Assembly (NCBI GenBank): GCA_048939765.1
Contig: JBHLPF010000004.1
Location: 1 to 64,000 of the forward strand
Length of the DNA: 64,000 bases
Origin: Promethearchaeota archaeon
GTDB taxonomy: Archaea > Asgardarchaeota > Thorarchaeia > Thorarchaeales > Thorarchaeaceae
Direction: 5' to 3'
The notes under the pieces are model-generated. The model made no database searches and was not told the origin of the DNA. It saw only the letters and a list, made by a program, of their open reading frames with translations. Shown piece after piece: positions 58,340 through 64,000 of the stretch. The number at the start of each line of letters is the position of its first letter. Position 1 is the stretch's first letter. Position numbers and translations under genes: made by a program.

Positions 58340-59362
58340 ATGGCTTCTCAAGAGAGGAAACGACCCAAGATGGACAGAAACAAAGCTCTAGCAGCAACTG
58401 TAGTTGTCATTGTAGTTTCTTCAGCGGCATTGATCGCTTTATGGTATCCAACCACATTGCCAGATGTGAGAATCGGGTATCTTGAGAAGGACCTTCATCA
58501 ATTGGCATTTCGTGTAGCCCTTGTAAATGGATGGTATGAAGAAGCAGGCCTCACTGTTGAATTGAAATCCTACAACAATGGCGGCTTTGAGATGGATGCT
58601 TTTCTTGGAAATGAGATTGATATGGGTTATTTGGGTGCGGCGCCAGCTCTGACAAAGAGTATAAACCAAGACATATTGATCACAATACTCGCGTCGGCGA
58701 ACCTCGAAGGATCTGCGATTATGGTTCGGAAAACGGACTATGATTCTGGTACCATAACACACATAGCCAATCTTACTGGGAAATCAGTCTATATACCTGG
58801 ACTGCCAACTGTGCAAGCTTTCCTGCTTCGTCTTGCTTTGAATCAGTCGGGACTGAGTCCCTCTGATGTTTCTCTCCTCTCCACATCTCCTGCATTCATG
58901 GCAGACTCTCTCACTGAAGATGCACCTGCCTTTGTTGCATGGGAGCCATTCAACGCGAGAGCGGAATTTGATGGTCTAGCAGTTCCTTTGGTGCTTTCAG
59001 GAGATATTTGGCCACGCCATCCTTGTTGCGTTGTAGCATCATCTAATGCTTTTCTCAGCAATCATCCAGACATAGTTCAAACAATCGTTGACATTCATGT
59101 TCGTGCTGAAGAATGGATTGTGAACAATCCTACAGAGGCAATTTCCATTGCAGCTACATGGCTTGAGATGGAGGATGCTGTTTCTGCTGTTGAAACCGCT
59201 TTCAACCGGATAATTTACGATTACAACGTGAACCGCACTGCACTTGGGATGTATCTGGACTTTCTGATTGACCAAGACCAACTGCTTCCGTATCAGATTC
59301 CTACTGACCCAAGCGCCTTCATGGATGGATTCATCAATACAACATTCTTGGAGAACACCTAA
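58340..59362 (+). CDS. NitT/TauT-family ABC substrate-binding protein
   Basis: N-terminal TM, VRIGYL, GWYEEAGL.VE, G.IDMGYLG..P, WEPF, HPCCV. Confidence 0.88.
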   Translation: MASQERKRPKMDRNKALAATVVVIVVSSAALIALWYPTTLPDVRIGYLEKDLHQLAFRVALVNGWYEEAGLTVELKSYNNGGFEMDAFLGNEIDMGYLGAAPALTKSINQDILITILASANLEGSAIMVRKTDYDSGTITHIANLTGKSVYIPGLPTVQAFLLRLALNQSGLSPSDVSLLSTSPAFMADSLTEDAPAFVAWEPFNARAEFDGLAVPLVLSGDIWPRHPCCVVASSNAFLSNHPDIVQTIVDIHVRAEEWIVNNPTEAISIAATWLEMEDAVSAVETAFNRIIYDYNVNRTALGMYLDFLIDQDQLLPYQIPTDPSAFMDGFINTTFLENT

Positions 59363-59414
59363 GCCAAAAAACGGTAGAATCAAAAGAAAGTCAAGCAGCT
59401 GAAGCTCTCAGAAG

Positions 59415-60242
59415 ATGACATCAGCTACACAGACTTCAGATGAAGCGAGCCCGATACAGAGTACAGAGCCCAATCTTTCAAGGTTTGCAGAGTCGCCTAT
59501 TGTCAGATTGATTGTAGCAGGAATAATACTGGTTCTGCTCTGGGTCTTCATCGCGTTCTTCTCAAGAAGCACCATTCTGGAAGTGATTGATGCTTTCATT
59601 AGGTTGTCCACGGAGGGGGACAGCCAAGGCTTTCTTCTCATAGATCATGTAGCACAGAGTGTCTTCATCGTCAGTGTGGGATTTTGTGTGGCTGCAATTA
59701 CAGCGATACCCCTTGGCATTGCGCTTGGCAGGTATAAGGTAGCGGATTCTATCCTGGGACCAGTCGTCGAGGCAATGCGACCAATTCCACCAATTGCGTG
59801 GATTCCGCTATCACTCCTTATCTTTGCTAGTCTTTTGTATTCACAGATCTTCATAATCTGGGTAGGTGCCTTCTTCCCAATTCTCATCAATACTACCACC
59901 GGAGTCAAACGTACGGAACCTGTTCATGTTGATGTGGCTAAGACCTTCGGGGCATCAGAATCAAAGATACTTAGCTCGGTTGTTATTCCATCGGCTGCGC
60001 CTGAGGTGTTTGCAGGAATGCGAATCGGTTTTGGAATTGGATGGATGTGCCTAGTAGCTGCAGAGATGATTGGCAGCAACAAGGGATTGGGCTATCTGAT
60101 TTGGACCATGCAACAGGTTGGATGGACTGGAGCTGTAATCTCAAGTATGTTAGTTATTGGGGTAATTGGATTTGCAGTCAGTTTCCTTCTGCTTATGATT
60201 GAAAGAAGGCTGCTCAGATGGCGACAGGGGGTTTCTGTTTAG
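59415..60242 (+). CDS. NitT/TauT-family ABC permease
   Basis: MRPIPPIAWIPL, FFPILINT..GV, A.TFGAS...I...VVIPSA.P, WMCLVAAEM. Confidence 0.92.
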   Translation: MTSATQTSDEASPIQSTEPNLSRFAESPIVRLIVAGIILVLLWVFIAFFSRSTILEVIDAFIRLSTEGDSQGFLLIDHVAQSVFIVSVGFCVAAITAIPLGIALGRYKVADSILGPVVEAMRPIPPIAWIPLSLLIFASLLYSQIFIIWVGAFFPILINTTTGVKRTEPVHVDVAKTFGASESKILSSVVIPSAAPEVFAGMRIGFGIGWMCLVAAEMIGSNKGLGYLIWTMQQVGWTGAVISSMLVIGVIGFAVSFLLLMIERRLLRWRQGVSV

Positions 60243-61014
60243 ACTGGCGGCTCATGGCCTTTTCCTGTTCGACTCTCAGGACTTCCAATATTCTTGCTCG
60301 ATAGTCAAGGCTCTCAGGAGATGTTCTATTACGTGGTTTTGGAAGGTCCACAACATACTGTGCGATTATACTCGAGGGTATATTGCTCATCACCAAAATC
60401 CTATCAGACATGAAGACAGCTTCATCAACATTGTGTGACACAAATAGGACAGTTGAGCCAGTTTCCTCTGTAATCCTTAGGAATTCAGCTTGAAGGTGAT
60501 TCCTTGTCTGTGCATCTAGATTTGATAGTGCTTCATCGGCGACAAGAATATCAGGTTTGATAATCAGACTCCTTGCCATTTCCGTACGTCGAGCCTGCCC
60601 TCCTGATATTTCGTGGGGAAGGTTGTCTTCCAGTCCTTCCATTCCTACAATCCGAATTATCTCATTAGACAACGCCCGTCTATCTGATATCTCGGAGCCA
60701 GCAATCTCTAGGCCATATTCTATATTCTGGCGGACACTCCTCCAAGGAAAAAGTGACTCCTGTTGAAAAATGAAACCTACACGATTATGGCCGGGACCAA
60801 CTGGAACCCCATCTATCGCGACTTCTCCCTCATCCGGTACGAGGAGACCTGCGATGATTTTCAGGAGTGTTGTCTTGCCGCATCCTGAAGGGCCGAGGAC
60901 GCTCAGAAATTCCCCGTCTTTCACGTCAAATGAAATCCTATCGAGAACTCTGGTTACTCCGCCCTCTCCATTTGGATAGGCCTTCACAATGTTCCGAACC
61001 GAGAGTGTAGGCAA
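60214..61014 (-). CDS. NitT/TauT-family ABC ATP-binding protein
   Basis: GPSGCGKTT, FQQ..LFPWRSV, ISGGQ, DEALSNLDAQTR, SHNVDEAV. Confidence 0.92.
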   Translation of the reverse strand: MPTLSVRNIVKAYPNGEGGVTRVLDRISFDVKDGEFLSVLGPSGCGKTTLLKIIAGLLVPDEGEVAIDGVPVGPGHNRVGFIFQQESLFPWRSVRQNIEYGLEIAGSEISDRRALSNEIIRIVGMEGLEDNLPHEISGGQARRTEMARSLIIKPDILVADEALSNLDAQTRNHLQAEFLRITEETGSTVLFVSHNVDEAVFMSDRILVMSNIPSSIIAQYVVDLPKPRNRTSPESLDYRARILEVLRVEQEKAMSRQSKQKPPVAI

Positions 61015-61208
61015 GGTGTCACCAATCTACATCACGACGGCTTCGTGTTAAATAATGTGCTATTTTGTGCATTCCATATATGATACTTGAGACCGACCCA
61101 ACAAAGTACAAAAAGGCCGTTCGTCCTCAAAGAACTATTAGAACAACCCACTAGACATGCAGTTGAAGGTCTGAATGGTGTTGTTTTCGAACCGGATGGT
61201 ATCTCAAA

Positions 61209-63512
61209 TTGACCACGCCTAGAATTCTCTTCGAGATCGAGGATGACAAAAGCACCACCGCAATAGCCATGGGAGACGTCACTGGATCAGGAACCTCAGA
61301 ACTCTGTACGGGAGACCGGGATGGTGTCCTTAGGCTATATGATGGAAGTACAGCTGAGATTAGGTTCCTCGCTCAAAAGGACCTAGAAGGCAGTATCCTG
61401 TCACTCAAAATTGCAGATGCGAATAATGATGGTCGAATGGAGATTGTTGTAGGACGCAGTCTCGATCCAGGAGATATTCCGGGTGAGTCCGGTACTCTTC
61501 AAGTCTATAGATTCGCACCAAGTGGACAGTTTCAACTTCTAGGAGAGTATCCGGTTGACAAGTTTATCACAACTGTCATGGTGACTGATGTCACGGGGGA
61601 TGAGAAGAACGAGATAATTGTTGCAGGGAGTGACTCGTCTCTTCGAGTGTTCCAGATGGATGTTGATGACAAGATTACTGAATATGCCAAGCATCAGCTT
61701 GAAAACATGCCAATCTCGATCGGTGTCTGTGATGTGATTGGTGATGAAATCGACGAGTTTGTCACAGGTAACATTGATGGCTCACTCAGAGTGTTCAAGG
61801 TGAGGGACCACACCATTGATGAGATTGAAGTACTACAGCTTCCGAGTCCGATCATATCAGTCAAGGCTGGAGATATCTTGGGTGACAGGAAGATGGAGCT
61901 GGGCGTTGTCACTCGAGACGGGACTATCAGAGTCTATCGAAACGAGGAGAGCAAGCTGGACCTCTTCACCAAGCTTGAAGGAGTGAATGCACTCTCCATT
62001 GTGATGGAAGAGATCAATGCAGATCACATGGATGAGATGATAGTTGCAACTTCTGATTACAAGGTCAAATTCTACAATCTGCATATGGCCGAGCTTCTAG
62101 AACTAGCCAGCGTGAACATTGGCGAGAAGATTCTCTCAATCAGTGTTGGAGATGCAGGAGGAGATGACCGAAAAGAAGTCCTAGTGGGTATATCGAACGG
62201 TCCATTGAGGGTTCTCCAGGGCCTCTATCAGCTGATTCCCAAGTTTGAGATTGATACACAAGCAAAGACCGGAACTAATCTCATAGGCAAAGTCACTGTT
62301 GCGAATATCACAAGTCAGCCCATCACTGGAGTCACTGGCAAGGTATACTGGTTCCCTAAGGATAACCTCCAGGTTTCTAACAATCACCTCAAATTCGATC
62401 TGAATCCTGGTGAAACCAAGACGATTCAATTGGACCTTGTACCTACCACTGAAGGAACTGTCATCATTCGTCCAATAGTGTTGATGTGGACAGATGCTTC
62501 AGGCCAAGTGAAACAGATCACAACTCCTGAGACTGCGATCCTCGTGGAGAAAGGAGCTGCTGTAGCTGCGCCCGCTGCCATGCCATCAGTATCATTGCCC
62601 GAACCTTCGGCAGCCATCGTTGATGATTTGACAGACTATGCCCCAGCCGAGGGCACTGGCTTTGCTGAAGTCGAGAAAGCTAAAGCAGCAGAGATTCTCA
62701 AGATGACTGCCTCTGAGGGTTCGGATGAGTCCTTGAGAGAGGCCGAAGAGTTGCTCGACAAGCTGTTTGGAGTAGAGGAAACCGGTACAGTCATCTCTGA
62801 GGTTGAAGAGGTTTCGGCAGTGATGGAACAGGCTGCTCCCCCGGCCCCTGCTCCGGCACAAGTAGTCGTTGAAGAAGTCGTGGATGAGAGCGCTCTAGTC
62901 ACTGAGATGAGAGCACGTACTCCTAAACCGCCACGCCCAGGTACGCCCAGCGACAGTTACACTTACCTCTTCAAGGTAATGGTGACCGGGGAAGGCGCTG
63001 TAGGAAAGACGACGCTCGTAAATCGCTACGTAACTGGTGTTTTCGAGAGGGACTACAAAACGACGATTGGATCTCAGTTCGCCGTCAAGCTCACTCACAT
63101 TTCGCCCCCAGAGCCGGAGTACGCTGTGGGAATCAAGCTTCAGTGTTGGGACGTTGCCGGGCAGGCCAGATTCAAGGCTGTGCGCAAGATGTACTACAGT
63201 GGTGCAGCAGGAATCATCCTCGTCTATGACGTGACCAGAAGACGCTCATTCACCGAGCTCTCCAAGTGGGTCAAGGAGGCGGACGAGTCAATTGGCCTAC
63301 GCGTGCCAATTGTTGTGGTAGGCAACAAGACCGACCTTCCAGACAGAGCAGTACCATCAGCTGAGGCGAAGCGCTGGGCGGAGGACCAAGGCTTTCTCTA
63401 CATGGAGTCTTCTGCAAAGACTGGTGATGGCGTAGCAGATATGTTCACTGTCCTGGCTGAGCAGATGTGGCGAGATGCAAAGAAGGCCACTGAGGCAAAG
63501 AAAAACAGATAG
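61209..63512 (+). CDS. Fusion protein: FG-GAP-like beta-propeller + Ig/appendage-like domain + low-complexity linker + C-terminal Rab-like GTPase
   Basis: Seven blades with [GAT]D..GD...E.[VL].G..DG.LRV. GTPase motifs GEGAVGKT, TIGSQF, WDVAGQ, NKTD, ESSAK. No signal peptide or TM. Confidence 0.9.
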   Translation: MTTPRILFEIEDDKSTTAIAMGDVTGSGTSELCTGDRDGVLRLYDGSTAEIRFLAQKDLEGSILSLKIADANNDGRMEIVVGRSLDPGDIPGESGTLQVYRFAPSGQFQLLGEYPVDKFITTVMVTDVTGDEKNEIIVAGSDSSLRVFQMDVDDKITEYAKHQLENMPISIGVCDVIGDEIDEFVTGNIDGSLRVFKVRDHTIDEIEVLQLPSPIISVKAGDILGDRKMELGVVTRDGTIRVYRNEESKLDLFTKLEGVNALSIVMEEINADHMDEMIVATSDYKVKFYNLHMAELLELASVNIGEKILSISVGDAGGDDRKEVLVGISNGPLRVLQGLYQLIPKFEIDTQAKTGTNLIGKVTVANITSQPITGVTGKVYWFPKDNLQVSNNHLKFDLNPGETKTIQLDLVPTTEGTVIIRPIVLMWTDASGQVKQITTPETAILVEKGAAVAAPAAMPSVSLPEPSAAIVDDLTDYAPAEGTGFAEVEKAKAAEILKMTASEGSDESLREAEELLDKLFGVEETGTVISEVEEVSAVMEQAAPPAPAPAQVVVEEVVDESALVTEMRARTPKPPRPGTPSDSYTYLFKVMVTGEGAVGKTTLVNRYVTGVFERDYKTTIGSQFAVKLTHISPPEPEYAVGIKLQCWDVAGQARFKAVRKMYYSGAAGIILVYDVTRRRSFTELSKWVKEADESIGLRVPIVVVGNKTDLPDRAVPSAEAKRWAEDQGFLYMESSAKTGDGVADMFTVLAEQMWRDAKKATEAKKNR

Positions 63513-63514
63513 CT

Positions 63515-64000
63515 TCAGCGCCGCAGTCTGAGGATGTCGGCAACACCTGCATCATATGCTGCCCGATTCATTTCTGGATTACGAAGAGTAGTTTCTACTG
63601 CTTTCCGAATTTCATCCTTGTCCATTGGGATTCCCCTCAAAGAAGATACGGCACCGAGCATGTAGGAGTTAAGAAACAGCAGGCCTCCCGATTTCTCTAA
63701 GGCCTCCATAGGATCAAGCGCTATGGCCTCTCCGCAAAGAAACTGGAGTGATTCGACTATCTTCTCTACTGGTGGATAATCCTCAGTTTCGGCGAGGGAG
63801 CTCGGCGTCTCGACTATCGTGGTACTGACGACTGCAACGGTCTGTTGGCTCGCATACTCGATGGCCGCTCTCAAGGCTTCAAGCGGTTCCATTCCCAATA
63901 GGAGGTCAGCTTTTCCTTTGGGAATCAGAGGTCCTCTGTCCTGCTTACTGATTCGAAGATGTGTAAGGACTGTGCCACCTCTCCTTGATGCACCAAAGGT
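63515..64000 (-). CDS. iorB: Indolepyruvate:ferredoxin oxidoreductase beta subunit (3' part; start outside window)
   Basis: The frame extends beyond the track ORF: FGASRRGGTVLTHLRI....GPLIPKGKADLLLGMEPLEALR...N.YMLGA...N..AY..G. Confidence 0.85.
   Translation of the reverse strand, partial: TFGASRRGGTVLTHLRISKQDRGPLIPKGKADLLLGMEPLEALRAAIEYASQQTVAVVSTTIVETPSSLAETEDYPPVEKIVESLQFLCGEAIALDPMEALEKSGGLLFLNSYMLGAVSSLRGIPMDKDEIRKAVETTLRNPEMNRAAYDAGVADILRLRR

Noticed and set aside
192-63234. Numerous 60-205 aa antisense or alternate-frame ORFs in the track (e.g. 2340-2948, 9937-10554, 11982-12542, 28214-28795)
   Set aside because: They lie within well-supported genes and show no recognisable motifs; treated as shadow ORFs.
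1-64000. Mobile elements, defence systems, tRNA/rRNA
   Set aside because: I recognised no transposase, integrase, nuclease, cloverleaf or rRNA-like sequence.

Overview
Gene-dense archaeal DNA, very likely from an Asgard archaeon (Thorarchaeia-like). The evidence is archaeal SD motifs (AGGTGA/GGAGG), TATA-like promoters, a por/ior ferredoxin oxidoreductase set, an Alba-fold gene, and several eukaryotic-signature-type genes: two Rab-like GTPases, a longin-like protein, a gelsolin-like protein and a Vps62-like protein. I found no rRNA, tRNA, CRISPR array or mobile element. Three systems stand out. (1) A candidate receptor-coupled small-GTPase operon (Zn-ribbon, longin, 7TM+1+7TM membrane protein, Rab-like GTPase; 42.7-45.3 kb). 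It has twin palindromic operators and is transcribed divergently from a gelsolin-like gene. (2) A 15-kb five-gene surface/export operon (26.8-11.8 kb, minus strand). It encodes an ABC-2 permease, two ABC ATPases, and an apparently catalytically degenerate subtilase with a GIFT domain, a TM helix and a His-less HisKA-like tail. It also encodes a ~2,260-aa membrane-anchored beta-propeller/Ca-binding-repeat protein with a cytoplasmic Ig-like domain. (3) A fusion of a beta-propeller, an Ig/appendage-like domain and a Rab-like GTPase (61.2-63.5 kb). The remainder is ordinary metabolism: nadB, galT/galK/GH38, porGDAB, a TPP enzyme, ADH, GDPD and a NitT/TauT ABC transporter. All family assignments come from motif recognition by eye; no database search was run.
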